This document shows, piece by piece, positions 1 to 12,999 of a DNA stretch of 64,000 bases (position 1 is the first letter of the stretch; the number at the start of each line of letters is the position of its first letter). Origin of the DNA: Paraspadella gotoi (Eukaryota; Animalia; Chaetognatha); contig CM119267.1 in NCBI GenBank assembly GCA_051294375.1, forward strand, positions 177,409 through 241,408. Direction: 5' to 3'. The notes under the pieces were generated by a model. That model did no database searches and had not been told where the DNA came from. It saw nothing but the letters and a program-made list of their open reading frames with translations. The position numbers and the translations under genes were made by a program.

Positions 1-948
1 GGTGGGTCCGGAGAAGAGCGGGAGTTTAACCTGGAGGAGTTCATCTTTATACATGAGTCTCAGTTTCTCAGTGTAGGCGATTGGTGGGTCCGGAGAAGAG
101 CGGGAGTTTAACCTGGAGGTCTCTCTATACAAGCTTTCTCAGTGTAGGCGATTGGTGGGTCCGGAGAAGAGCGGGAGTTTAACCTGGAGGTCTCTCTATA
201 CAAGCTTTCTCAGTGTAGGCGATTGGTGGGTCCGGAGAAGAGCGGGAGTTTAACCTGGAGGTCTCTCTATACAAGCTTTCTCAGTGTAGGCGATTGGTGG
301 GTCCGGAGAAGAGCGGGAGTTTAACCTGGAGGTCTCTCTATACAAGCTTTCTCAGTGTAGGCGATTGGTGGGTCCGGAGAAGAGCGGGAGTTTAACCTGG
401 AGGTCTCTCTATACAAGCTTTCTCAGTGTAGGCGATTGGTGGGTCCGGAGAAGAGCGGGAGTTTAACCTGGAGGTCTCTCTATACAAGCTTTCTCAGTGT
501 AGGCGATTGGTGGGTCCGGAGAAGAGCGGGAGTTTAACCTGGAGGTCTCTCTATACAAGCTTTCTCAGTGTAGGCGATTGGTGGGTCCGGAGAAGAGCGG
601 GAGTTTAACCTGAGGTCTCTCTATACAAGCTTTCTCAGGTGTAGGCGATTGGTGGGTCCGGAGGAAGAGCGGGAGTTTAACCTGGAGGTCTCTCTATACA
701 AGCTTTCTCAGTGTAGGCGATTGGTGGGTCCGCGAGAAGAGGCGGGAGTTTAACCTGGAGGTCTCTCTATACAAGCTTTCTCAAGTGTAGGCGATTGGTG
801 GGTCCGGAGAAGAGCGGGAGTTTAACCTGGAGGTCTCTCTATACAAGCTTTCTCAGTGTAGGCGATTGGTGGGTCGCGGAGAAGAGGTCGCTAGTAGAGT
901 GTGTAAGAGACCTTAACCTGGAGGTCTCTCTATACAAGCTTTCTCAGT
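1..948. repeat. 71-bp tandem repeat, about 13 copies, running off the window start
   Basis: Unit GGTGGGTCCGGAGAAGAGCGGGAGTTTAACCTGGAGGTCTCTCTATACAAGCTTTCTCAGTGTAGGCGATT; unit starts at 154 and 225 are 71 bp apart; near-identical copies with sporadic indels. Confidence 0.95.
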
Positions 949-1198
949 GCGCCAGCGCCGCAGCTTTCACTGCAGCCTCTCGACTTTCCTCTGTGGACGT
1001 CACGGGGTTTTTCACCGACAGTGACGAGATCTGATTGGCTGATCAGGCTCCCTCACTCTCCCCATTGGTCGACAACAGGATAGAAAGATCTTCCCGACGT
1101 TTTTAATTGGTCGAGACAATTCGCGAGCGACGTCGTCCACCAAAAAAATAAAATCTATTCGTGGATTCCCGGCTTTTTCGACGTCAATGAACGTGATT
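918..1198 (-). CDS. possible coding exon of an unidentified gene (frameshifted)
   Basis: GC-rich island with acceptor TTTTCTGTTTAG and donor CCAG|GTTAAG on the - strand; partial frames ITFIDVEKAGNPRIDFIFLVDDVAREL... and ...NQISSLSVKNPVTSTEESREAAVKAAA; no family recognised and a frameshift is needed. Confidence 0.25.
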
Positions 1199-2074
1199 CT
1201 AAACAGAAAAACGGAAAGTCAGGGTGACTCGGAAAATTTTGGAAATATATAAAAGGAGGAAGTTCAATACTGGAATGGATTTGTCCATTTTATTAATTGT
1301 CACGAATCACGAATGTCTTTTACGCTAAAAAAATCATTTTTAAATAAAAAGCATCAAAAAATAAGGTAAGAAAATAATATTTTACAATTTAAAAAGACTG
1401 TAACTCTGTATGTGACAGTTTTTTGTGACACGATGCAAGTTAACGTTGCGAAGCTTACCCATGCAAATTTTTATCATATTTTTTAATATGCGAGCCAAAC
1501 TTGAACCTTTAAATTAATAATACTGCATGCGCTTGGTTCTACCAGACTACCTTTACTTTTACCATAACCCTCACTTATCTACAAAAAAGGAAAATTAGTA
1601 AAAAGGCAGTAAGAAGCAGACTCGTGGTGGCAAAAATCTATGACAAAATTTGGTACTTCTTGATTTGTCAGTGAAACTATATAGCCAAAAAATATTAAAA
1701 ATGATTATAATTATACACTAAAAAAAAAGATCTTACTCTCTGATCCTTTATTTCATAATTTTGAATTTAGAAAATAAGTTTTAAATCAATCAATTTGAAA
1801 ACTAAAATGACAAATTTTTTTCCCACTTTTTCAAGATTTGACTTTCTTTTTTTACTGTATTCCTCCGGTGTTGAGGCAAAGAATAAGGAAGACATTTTGA
1901 GTTAAGTCATGTTATTGCAATCATATATGTATATTTTGAAACATACATAAGCATACACTATGTCACTCTCTCTCTCTCACATTTCTGATTTTATAAAAAA
2001 AATGTCACTCACGATGACTAATAGCAGTAAAAACTTTTTTCATTTAAAAAAAAATTGTCAACTTTTTTTCAGTG

Positions 2075-3692
2075 ATGATGGCTGATTCGTCATCGGCCTC
2101 ATTACGATGTGACGTGTCCAACGTCACGGACGGCGCAACGAACGCGGCACCGGCGTCAAAAACTTCGCGTTCGACTTCGAGGACGTCAAGAACAGCGTCC
2201 CACGTTGCTCCTGACGACGCGTTTCGCGGACCGTCACCCTCGGACAGCGATTGTGATTTTGAGCGAATTCCGTCGCCTAGCGACGAAAGCGCCTATGGCG
2301 GCGGCGCTGTCGGCGTCGTCGGCGTTCATCCCGTAATCTCCAGCCTCATTCCCAGCGCTTTTTCTGCCATCACTACTTCTTCCATCCCTTCTAGCATCGA
2401 TGGACTTTCCACTGCATCAACACAGTCTACTTCAGCATCACTGTCTACTCCATCACAACAGTCTACTCCAGCATCTCAGTGTACTCCATCACCACAGTTT
2501 ACTACAGCACCACAGTCTACTCTAGCAGCTCAGACTACTCCAGCATCACAAGGCCTTTTTCAACTTCCCTTAATCACTTCGTCAATGATTTCCTCTCCGG
2601 ATTTAGATGGCGCCTTTCCCCCGCCCAATCATATGACTCCGCAATCTTTCAGTCCCGTTCGTCCATCTGTCATGACCACTCAGGTTCAGTGCACCTCGGG
2701 ACCACATAATCTTGGCGCCATCAGCCCATCAGTCTTGGCACCGCAGCACTTCAACCCCACTGTCCGCCCTAAAAAGACTCCTCAGCCTCCCGGCGTAGAC
2801 GGCACTTCAAACCTGGCGCCGCAAAATTTCGTAAATGCAAGTCATTTCTCGATGTCAGAAGCTTCTGTCATTGTTGGCCCTTTGATTCCATCCCCGCAAC
2901 CTCTCTTCCAACAGCCAAACCTCCCTCCCACCGCTCAGTATCAAATGGCAGCGCCTCCGCCTTATTCTCCGGGCCCGCATATTTTTGATGGGAGGATAAC
3001 CCCTGCCTCCATTTCTCCCAGCGCTGCAATTCCTGCCACGACATTGATAAGTTCAGGTGGCCATATATATCCACCAAACTTGGCGCCGCAAAACTTTCAT
3101 TCCAACAACCCCGGCGCCCTCCCACCCGTCTTCCAGGGCGCCTTTCCCGGTTTCCCTCCTACTTCAATTCCTGGCGCATTTCCTGGTCCTGCAATGACTC
3201 AGACTCCCGGCCAACCACCGATCCAATGGATTTATCATCCACAATATGGCGCCTATGTTCCATTCATTTTACCTGAGAAATCTCCAATCGCCGCGGCTAC
3301 CCACTCTCCCCTGTCGGCGGCGCTGTCTGCAGGGCTGCCAGACGCGTCCTTCAAGGGGCCGCCACCGAATTCCAGTGTCAGCGACGCCATCGTCATGGCA
3401 TCCAAGTTCAAGGATAGTCTTCCATGCGGCGGTGTGATAGAAAGAGTCGCTCCGGACGAGGAAGTGGAAGAGGAAGATGAGGAGGAAGAAGTGAGAGAAG
3501 GAGGCATAGATGGATGCAGGGAGGAAGGAAGGGAAGAAGATGGAGAAGGAAGAGGTGGAGGATCGGCTGGAGGAGCATCTCCTCTTCCGATTCCATATGC
3601 TGTCGAATACCAGGACAGCGACCATCAAGACGACAATTTTAAAAACCAGCAAAGAGTGGAGCAAGGAAGTAACAATGTCCATGATGCAGGAG
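2075..3692 (+). CDS. first coding exon, Pro/Ser/Thr-rich low-complexity region (probable N-terminus of the FN3-GTPase gene)
   Basis: 551-aa ORF; acceptor TTTTTTTCAG ending 2072 just before ATG at 2075; donor GAG|GTGAGC at 3693 (phase 1); possible UTR-exon donor AAG|GTAAG at 1366. Contains QSTPAS-like hexapeptide repeats, LAPQ[NH]F x3, PPPY and an acidic tract. Confidence 0.8.
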
Positions 3693-6607
3693 GTGAGCGA
3701 GAGTCAATTCTGCATTTGATTGATTGATTGATTGTTTAAAAGGTATATGTGAAATATTCTTTGATTTTATGCCCGCAAATCTAGCGCTCAAAGCGTTGCC
3801 CGTTCCGTGTAAATTTGAAGAGGGCAGAAGAGGAATTAAGATGCAGAGACAGATCACGTTTAATTTCATGTGCACGAAAAAAAATTTATCAGTCATTGAA
3901 TTTACTACGTCTGACCATTTGTACTAACAAGCCATCCCTTCCTGACAGTTATGCTGGACAAATACATGCAAAATATGATACGGCCCAGTATGATACAGTA
4001 AAATACAGAGTAAAAGTTGAAATTTGGACAAAAAGAGAGAGATACAAAACATTTTTTTCGAAATTGAATTATTCTATCTTCTTCAATAATTAAAAATTAA
4101 TTAAGCATATTATTCTTGCATATTAAGCAGCCAAATTTATCATGCATATTGGCAAAAGATTGCTCTTTTTAAAACTCTTTTTGAAAATCTTTGCTGTTGA
4201 TGATGATGGTCTTTACAATGAACAAGTTCAAATAGAAGAAAAAAAAAATTCTTTTGTAATTTTAGTATCATAATTCATTTGAATATTTTGTACTATTCCC
4301 AGATAAAATATTATTTACTAATGGGTCTGAAATTTTGCTCTTTTTCTGTAGATAATGAATATCTATTGGTAAAGCTCATTATGTACATTCGTAAGGCTCT
4401 AACATAACGCTACTACAATTTTTGTAACATTTTTCTGGACTTTTTATCAGATTTCTTCTTTTCCTGACCCTATTCCTTCTTGTGGGCGGTTGGCACTCAT
4501 GGAGACAGTACCTTAGGTCTTCGAGTACCAAACAACAACTATAGCTAAAAGATTATGAATCAAATATGGCGACGAGTGAAGTAAAAATGATCATAAGTAG
4601 GTTGGGAAGCAAATTAAGCGTGATGTGTCTCTGCGTCTTAAACGCGAGTTAAAATAAGTATCAAACACTTTATTATAGCGTTAATTTGCCAATTATATAC
4701 CCATAAAACTCTAGTTAAGGACTGTTTAAACGATTTTAAAATATTCANNNNNNNNNNNNNNNNNNNNNNNNNTAGATACTTTGTTTCTCTGAATTCTTAA
4801 ACCATAAGCCATAACGAGTAAGACAATGGGTACAACTGAAAGTGATATGTCTCTAGATGATAAAAAATTTTTCTTTAGTTTTATTTTGAAATTTAGGTAT
4901 TATACAAATAGGATAAATTGAGATACTCCTGCTTTGCTAAAATTTTTATTTAACAAGATTTGTACTGCGTAGTTCAAATCCTTAGTTCTCCATGATAAAA
5001 AAAGTTATTTTTTTGCATAACTTTTGATAGAAAAGAGATAGGATGGTGGGCAAGGTATGAAATTAAAGCCCTAATCATGGGACCCCTTTCTGAAATAGTT
5101 TCTATAAATTTTATCCAAAAATGTTAAGACAGGATTTGTTTAAAACCTAGTTAAAAGTATAACAGTTTTCGGAGTTAAAAATTTTAATGAAGGCATATGA
5201 ATTTTTTTTGTTTTTTTTTCGGATTTGGAAAAAGGAAAGACTGAATTACATTTTGATTACCAATAAAGGTTTTTTACTCCATAAATATTATCAATTTGAG
5301 CAAAGCTTTACTTCTTTAAAGATTTGGAAAAAAATATTCGACTTGACCAATGGTCATTCAGAATTTTAGTTTTGCATAAAAAATAAAGATATCAAAAAAA
5401 ACGAAAAACATCAGATTGTTCCAAAATCAAATGCCTTGAATCTGATATTTTTCAAAATGCAAAATTTTGGTTCATAGTCTAGATCTAAAATTCTGAAACA
5501 AAAACATTTTTTTCGAAAATTGAATTATTCTATCTTCTTCAATAATTAAAAATTAATTAAGCATATTATTCTTGCATATTAAGCAGCCAAATTTATCATG
5601 CATATTGGCAAAAGATTGCTCTTTTTAAAACTCTTTTTGAAAATCTTTGCTGTTGATGATGATGGTCTTTACAATGAACAAGTTCAAATAGAGATAAAAA
5701 GAAAAAATTCTTTTGTAATTTTAGTATCATAATTCATTTGAATATTTTGTACTATTCCCAGATAAAATATTATTTACTAATGGTCTGAAATTTTGCTCTT
5801 TTCTGTAGATAATGAATATCTATTGGTAAAGCTCATTATGTACATTCGTAAGGCTCTAACATAAGCTACTACAATTTTTTGTAACCATTTTTCTGGACTT
5901 TTTATCAGATTTCTTCTTTTCCTGACCCTATTGCCCTTCTTTGTGGCGGTTGGCACTCATGGAGACAGTACCTTAGGTCTTCGAGTACCAAACAACAACT
6001 ATAGCTAAAAGATTATGAATCAAATATGGCGACGAGTGAAGTAAAAATGATCATAAGTAGGTTGGGAAGCAAATTAAGCGTGATGTGTCTCTGCGTCTTA
6101 AACGCGAGTTAAAATAAGTATCAAACACTTTATTATAGCGTTAATTTGCCAATTATATACCCATAAAACTCTAGTTAAGGACTGTTTAAACGATTTTAAA
6201 ATATCAAAAAAACGAACTAAATTATTATCCTGAGTCTCACCAAATTATGGCTCAGAGACAAAAGACTGTGAAACTTATTGGCCAGACTTTGAGGACAAAA
6301 AAACGGACGGTAAAAAAATTAAGATTTAGGAGAAGCGAGTTGAACGAGAAAGAATTTGAGGAGAGACTGGCTTAAACGAGGCATAATATTTAGCAGTATA
6401 TGAATTAAAACATCTATTACAAATGATAGCTCAGTTGTTTAAATGTTAAATTATTTAACTGATAAAGTGATTAATCATTGATTAAATCATTGGTTGGTTT
6501 GTTGGCTCATTGCTTGACTAAAGAATTTATTATCCAAAACTAAATCTACTTATGATTATATAATTTTTGCTATTGAAATTTCTCCTGTTCTTCAATTGTG
6601 TTTTCAG

Positions 6608-6905
6608 TGAACTTGTCAGAGATAGACGTGGATTGGGCGACGGAAGCGATTGAAGCAGACGCCGATTCGGAAGCATTGATTCCCATGGTGAAAGCATCTT
6701 CAGCATCCCTTCAATCGGATCGCAGTCACTTAAGTCCAGATGTAACTCAGCTGAGTTCCGAGCCAAGTCAATCAGCGGCCATTTCTGAGCCCGCATCAGA
6801 GACTGAAGTTCTCAAAGTCCACGACAATTTTCCAACTGCTCAGGCGCACTTTCAACTTCTGTCACCCATCTTCCGCAGAGTGACATTCACAGCAATACAA
6901 TCCCG
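6608..6905 (+). pseudogene. frameshifted duplicate of exon 7870-8169
   Basis: Same sequence as 7870-8169 but 298 bp (2 bp lost); same splice sites. Confidence 0.7.
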
Positions 6906-6995
6906 GTAAATAATTTTTTTTTCAGTCTTTATTCAGCATAAACTTGAAGTCATTTTATTATGGTGTTATGGTGGACTAAAATCCATCAACCGTTC

Positions 6996-7150
6996 ATCAG
7001 CGGCCAATGATGCCGGAGGCAAGTCATTCGCCTCCCAACCCAAAGGTCGGGGTTCTAGCCGGTGGTCGCCTAGCAGTTAAGAGGACGGGGCACTTAACCC
7101 GCCTGTAACATGGTGTTACAGCCTGATCCGAAGCTCAGGGACTGCTTATA
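6996..7150 (+). mobile_element. possible tRNA-derived SINE-like intronic insert (inverted copy ~9222-9380)
   Basis: GC-rich insert; ATTCGCCTCCCAACCCAAAGGTCGGGGTTCTAGCC resembles a tRNA anticodon arm plus B-box; downstream hairpins TGTAACA-tgg-TGTTACA and CCTGA...TCAGG. Confidence 0.3.
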
Positions 7151-7869
7151 TTTAATGGTTCTGTCATTAACACATATCAATAATTACTGTCTCTTCAGTG
7201 TCTTCTTTTTGATTCTATTACAGGCCAAGCGATTAATCCATGGGCTGATCATGGTGTCATTAGCTGCATGCCTCCAATCGGTCATTTAATGGTAAGCATT
7301 ATTTTTCACCAGGAATTTCTGTTTTTATCAAATGTTTAAAAAAAAGGTTTGAACAAGGGAATGAAGTGTAAAACCAATCTAAGTATGTCAACAATAGAAT
7401 AAGCTGAGCCAAAGAATGATTTCCATTAATTAACCATCCTTTTTTTTTACTTCAGAAAATATCAAAAAACGAACTAAATTATTATCCTGAGTCTCACCAA
7501 ATTATGGCTCAGAGACAAAAGACTGTGAAACTTATTGGCCAGACTTTTGAGGACAAAAAAACGGACGGTAAAAAAATTAAGAATTAGGAGAAGCGAGTTG
7601 AACGAGAAAGAATTTGAGGAGAGACTGGCTTAAACGAGGCATAATATTTAGCAGTATATGAATTAAAACATCTATTAACAAATTGATAGCTCAGTTGTTT
7701 AAATGTTAAATTATTTAACTGATAAAGTGATTAATCATTGATTAAATCATTGGTTGGTTTGTTGGCTCATTGCTTGACTAAAGAATTTATTATCCAAAAC
7801 TAAATCTACTTATGATTATATAATTTTTTGCTATTGAAATTTTCTCCTGTTCTTCAATTGTGTTTTCAG

Positions 7870-8169
7870 TGAACTTGTCAGAGATAGACGTGGATTGGGC
7901 GACGGAAGCGATTGAAGCAGACGCCGATTCGGAAGCATTGATTCCCATGGTGAAAGCATCTTCAGCATCCCTTCAATCGGATCGCAGTCACTTAAGTCCA
8001 GATGTAACTCAGCTGAGTTCCGAGCCAAGTCAATCAGCGGCCATTTCTGAGCCCGCATCAGAGACTGAAGTTCTCAAAGTCCACGACAATTTTCCAACTG
8101 CTCAGGCGCACTTTCAACTTCCTGTCACCCATCTTCCGCAGAGTGACATTCAACAGCAATACAATCCCG
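7870..8169 (+). CDS. internal exon (VNLSEIDVDWATEAIE...QQQYNP), phase 1-1
   Basis: TGTTTTCAG acceptor, G|GTAAAT donor, 300 bp open; joins in frame to the exon ending 3692. Confidence 0.75.
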
Positions 8170-9466
8170 GTAAATAATTTTTTTTCAGTCTTTATTTCAG
8201 CATAAACTTGAAGTCATTTTATTATGGTGTTATGGTGGACTAANNNNNNNNNNAAATCCTTAGTTCTCCAATGATAAAAAAAGTTATTTTTTTGCATAAC
8301 TTTTGATAGAAAAGAGATAGGATGGTGGGCAAGGTATGAAATTAAAGCCCTAATCATGGGACCCCTTTCTGAAATAGTTTCTATAAATTTTATCCAAAAA
8401 TGTTAAGACAGGATTTGTTTAAAACCTAGTTAAAAGTATAACAGTTTTCGGAGTTAAAAATTTTAATGAAGGCATATGAATTTTTTTTGTTTTTTTTTCG
8501 GATTTGGAAAAAGGAAAGACTGAATTACATTTTGATTACCAATAAAGGTTTTTTACTCCATAATATTATCAATTTGAGCAAAGCTTTACTTCTTTAAAGA
8601 TTTGGAAAAAAATATTCGACTTGACCAATGGTCATTCAGAATTTTAGTTTTGCATAAAAAATAAAGATATCAAAAAAAACGAAAAACATCAGATTGTTCC
8701 AAAATCAAATGCCTTGAATCTGATATTTTTCAAAATGCAAAATTTTGGTTCATAGTCTAGATCTAAAATTCTGAAAACAAAAACATTTTTTTCGAAAATT
8801 GAATTATTCTATCTTCTTCAATAATTAAAAATTAATTAAGCATATTATTCTTGCATATTAAGCAGCCAAATTTATCATGCATATTGGCAAAAGATTGCTC
8901 TTTTTAAAACTCTTTTTGAAAATCTTTGCTGTTGATGATGATGGTCTTTTACAATGAACAAGTTCAAATAGAGATAAAAAGAAAAAATTCTTTTGTAATT
9001 TTAGTATCATAATTCATTTGAATATTTTGTACTATTCCCAGATAAAATATTATTTACTAATGGGTCTGAAATTTTGCTCTTTTTCTGTAGATAATGAATA
9101 TCTATTGGTAAAGCTCATTATGTACATTCGTAAGGCTCTTAACATAACGCTACTACAATTTTTGTAACCATTTTTCTGGACTTTTTATCAGATTTCTTCT
9201 TTTCCTGAGAACCATTAAATATAAGCAGTCCCTGAGCTTCGGATCAGGCTGTAACACCATGTTACAGGCGGGTTAAGTGCCCCGTCCCTCTTAACTGCTA
9301 GGCGACCACCGGGCTAGAACCCCGGACCTTTGGGTTGGGAGGCGAATGACTTGCCTCCGGCATCATTGGCCGCTGATGAACGGTTGATGGATTTTAGTCC
9401 ACCATACACCATAATAAAATGACTTCAAGTTTATGCTGAAATAAAGACTGAAAAAAAATTATTTAC

Positions 9467-9766
9467 CGGGATTGTATTGCTGTTGAATGTCACTCTGCGG
9501 AAGATGGGTGACAGGAAGTTGAAAGTGCGCCTGAGCAGTTGGAAAATTGTCGTGGACTTTGAGAACTTCAGTCTCTGATGCGGGCTCAGAAATGGCCGCT
9601 GATTGACTTGGCTCGGAACTCAGCTGAGTTACATCTGGACTTAAGTGACTGCGATCGATTGAAGGGATGCTGAAGATGCTTTCACCATGGGAATCAATGG
9701 CTTCCGAATCGGCGTCTGCTTCAATCGCTTCCGTCGCCCAATCCACGTCTATCTCTGACAAGTTCA
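9467..9766 (-). pseudogene. inverted duplicate of exon 7870-8169
   Basis: Reverse complement of the same exon with compensating indels, inside the 9209-11300 inversion. Confidence 0.7.
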
Positions 9767-11411
9767 CTGAAAACACAATTGAAGAACAGGAGAAAATTTC
9801 AATAGCAAAAATTATATATCATAAGTAGATTTAGTTTGGATAATAAATTCTTTAGTCAAGCAATGAGCCAACAAACCAAACCAATGATTTAATCAATGAT
9901 TAATCACTTTATCAGTTAAATAATTTAACATTTAAACAAACTGAGCTATCAATTTGTTAATAGATGTTTTAATTCATATACTGCTAAATATTATGCCTCG
10001 TTTAAGCCAGTCTCTCCTCAAATTCTTTCTCGTTCAACTCGCTTCTCCTAATTCTTAATTTTTTTACCGTCCGTTTTTTTTGTCCTCAAAGTCTGGCCAA
10101 TAAGTTTCACAGTCTTTTGTCTCTGAGCCATAATTTGGTGAGACTCAGGATATAATTTAGTTCGTTTTTTGATATTTTAAAATCGTTTAAACAGTCCTTA
10201 ACTAGAGTTTTATGGGTATATAATTGGCAAATTAACGCTATAAATAAAGTGTTTGATACTTATTTTAACTCGCGTTTAAGACGCAGAGACACATCACGCT
10301 TAATTTGCTTCCCAACCTACTTATGATCATTTTTACTTCACTCGTCGCCATATTTGATTCATAATCTTTTAGCTATAGTTGTTGTTTGGTACTCGAAGAC
10401 CTAAGGTACTGTCTCCATGAGTGCCAACCGCCCACAAGAAGGGCAATAGGGTCAGGAAAAGAAGAAATCTGATAAAAAGTCCAGAAAAATGGTTACAAAA
10501 ATTGTAGTAGCGTTATGTTAAGAGCCTTACGAATGTACATAATGAGCTTTACCAATAGATATTCATTATCTACAGAAAAAGAGCAAAATTTCAGACCCAT
10601 TAGTAAATAATATTTTATCTGGGAATAGTACAAAATATTCAAATGAATTATGATACTAAAATTACAAAGAATTTTTTCTTTTATCTCTATTTGAACTTTG
10701 TTCATTGTAAAAGACCATCATCATCAACAGCAAAGATTTTATAAAAGAGTTTTAAAAAGAGCAATCTTTTGCCAATATGCATGATAAATTTGGCTGCTTA
10801 ATATCAAGAATAATGCTTAATTAATTTTTAATTATTGAAGAAGATAGAATAATTCAATTTTTCGAAAAAAATGTTTTTTGTTTTCAGAATTTAGATCTAG
10901 ACTATGAACAAATTTTGCATTTTGAAAAAATCAGATTCAAGGCATTTGATTTTGGAACAATCTGATGTTTTTCGTTTTTTTTGATATCTTTATTTTTTAT
11001 GCAAAACTAAAATTCTGAATGACCATTGGTCAAGTCGAATATTTTTTTCCAAATCTTTAAAGAAGTAAAGCTTTGCTCAAATTGATAATATTATGGAGTA
11101 AAAAACCTTTATTGGTAATCAAAATGTAATTCAGTCTTTCCTTTTTTCCAAATCCGAAAAAAAAACAAAAAAAAATCATATGCCTTCATTAAAATTTTTA
11201 ACTCCGAAAACTGTTATACTTTTAACTAGGTTTAAACAAATCCTGTCTTAACATTTTTGGATAAAATTTTTAGAAACTATTTCAGAAAGGGTCCCATGAT
11301 TTAGTGGCTATCTTCGTCTCTTTTNNNNNNNNNNNNNNNNNNNNNNNNNTGTCATTAACACATATCAATAATTACTGTCTCTTCAGTGTCTTCTTTTTGA
11401 TTCTATTACAG

Positions 11412-11479
11412 GCCAAGCGATTAATCCATGGGCTGATCATGGTGTCATTAGCTGCATGCCTCCAATCGGTCATTTAATG
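11412..11479 (+). CDS. internal exon (GQAINPWADHGVISCMPPIGHLM), phase 1-0; duplicate at 7224-7291
   Basis: TTCTATTACAG acceptor, ATG|GTAAGC donor; in frame with the preceding exon. Confidence 0.7.
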
Positions 11480-11645
11480 GTAAGCATTATTTTTCACCAG
11501 GAATTTCTGTTTTTATCAAATGTTTAAAAAAAAGGTTTTGAACAAGGGAATGAAGTGTAAAACCAATCTAAGTATGTCAACAATAGAATAAGCCTGAGCC
11601 AAAGAATGATTTCCATTAATTAACCATCCTTTTTTTTTACTTCAG

Positions 11646-11720
11646 TTGCCACATATGTCTGGAACTTCAATGATGCAAGGATTTCCCTCTCGAGAAATGT
11701 TACACATCTCAATGATTCCG
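11646..11720 (+). CDS. internal exon (LPHMSGTSMMQGFPSREMLHISMIP), phase 0-0
   Basis: TTTTTTACTTCAG acceptor, CCG|GTAATT donor, 75 bp open. Confidence 0.65.
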
Positions 11721-12025
11721 GTAATTATGTAATTTACTTTTGTTCAAAGTTATTTCCTGTTTAAATAAATGAGGATGTTCATTAACTATTTCTTCATGCT
11801 AAGTCCTTTTATTTCTATGCTTAAGGTTAGCCTTAAAACTATGATTTTAATATTTTTTATTTTAATAATTTTATTTAATTTAATAAAATTAAACATCTTT
11901 TTTGTATTTTTAAATTTGTTGACAATATTTATTTTTTGCTAAGAATTTGCTGTTTTATTGTAAATCGCTTTAGCAAAAAAACAGTCCTATTAAATCTTCT
12001 TTGTATTTTCACCCTATTCTACTAG

Positions 12026-12052
12026 AGGGCTTTACAAAACAGGAGGCCTTTT
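12026..12052 (+). CDS. candidate 27-bp microexon (RALQNRRPF); frame stays open to ~12130, so the exon may be longer
   Basis: CTATTCTACTAG acceptor, TTT|GTAAGA donor, phase 0-0. Confidence 0.4.
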
Positions 12053-12494
12053 GTAAGACTAAGGAACATTCCAAAAATTTTATCTGCACCCACTAGATCT
12101 TCACTTGCACCTGCTCTTCAACAAAATAGCAAGTGTTTTTTTCGATTTTTTTATCGTAAATATTTTTTAAAATAATTTTTTTTTATATTTTTGCAAAATA
12201 TGAAAATATGCAAAATTACCTGTTTTACTATTTTCTTGTTGCTTGCATTGTGCCTTCTTTCGCCTCATGGAACATAATCTTAAAAATATAATGATCTCGC
12301 CAAACCTTACTATCAAAAAAATTAATAAAAAGTATATAATCTAATTTGCATATTGCAGTAAATTATGATTAAATGTAAATTCAATCAAAAAATATTTGAA
12401 TCAATATGAAATAAAGAAAGTGGACACACATTTTAACTTCCTCACAACCTCACTAATGAAACTTGATAACTAGAGAGTTGAAAGTTTAAAAAAT

Positions 12495-12890
12495 GCTGCA
12501 AGTTGAAAAAATTATGCAAGTTGAAAAAATTATGCAAGTTGAAAAAATTATGCAAGTAGAAAAAATTATGCAAGTTGAAAAAATTATGCAAGTTGAAAAA
12601 ATTATGCAAGTTGAAAAAATTATGCAAGTTGAAAAAATTATACAAATTAAAAAAATTATACAAGTTGAAAAAATTATGCATGTTGAAAAAATTATACAAG
12701 TTGAAAAAATTATACAAGTTGAAAAAATTATACAAGTTGAAAAAATTATGCAAGTTGAAAAAATTATGCAAGTTAAAAAAATGATACAAGTTGAAAAAAT
12801 GAAACAAGTTAAAAAAATGATAAACTCTAAAAAAATAATGCAAGCTAAAAAATTGATACAAGCTGAAAAATAATACAAGTTGAAAAAATA
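12495..12890. repeat. 18-bp minisatellite (TGCAAGTTGAAAAAATTA), about 22 copies
   Basis: Directly visible; produces the (MQVEKI)n and (FFNLHN)n ORFs on both strands. Confidence 0.95.
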
Positions 12891-12999
12891 AAAAAGTTAA
12901 AAAATATTATTATTGCTGCAGTAACAGTTCAGTTTAAGCCTTTGAAAGCAATTTACATGTATTGGCGCAGCCACTGGTTCATTATTTATTTAAATTTCA

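Larger units (their letters stand above)
4043..11645. repeat. direct and inverted copies of one ~2-3 kb intron/exon segment (probable gap-fill artefact)
   Basis: 4043-4747 ~ 5498-6205; 4976-5925 ~ 8254-9208; 6200-6980 ~ 7457-8243; 9209-11300 is the reverse complement of ~5070-7163; 11350-11645 ~ 7162-7455. Copies differ mainly by homopolymer indels and several abut N gaps. Confidence 0.85.

Noticed and set aside
1-948. CRISPR array
   Set aside because: The whole 71-bp unit is repeated; there are no unique spacers.
9372-9410. CTGATGA as a further hammerhead core (also 24795, 36729)
   Set aside because: No stem II-GAAA-stem III arrangement follows.
6598-9776. Three copies of the VNLSEID exon as a mutually exclusive exon or inversion-switch system
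   Set aside because: Copies differ only by indels typical of long-read error, and boundaries coincide with N gaps or abrupt joins.
12442-12878. ORFs (MQVEKI)n, (FFNLHN)n and (STCIIF)n as a repeat protein or exon
   Set aside because: Open frames on both strands follow from an 18-bp unit; no in-frame acceptor links it to the gene.
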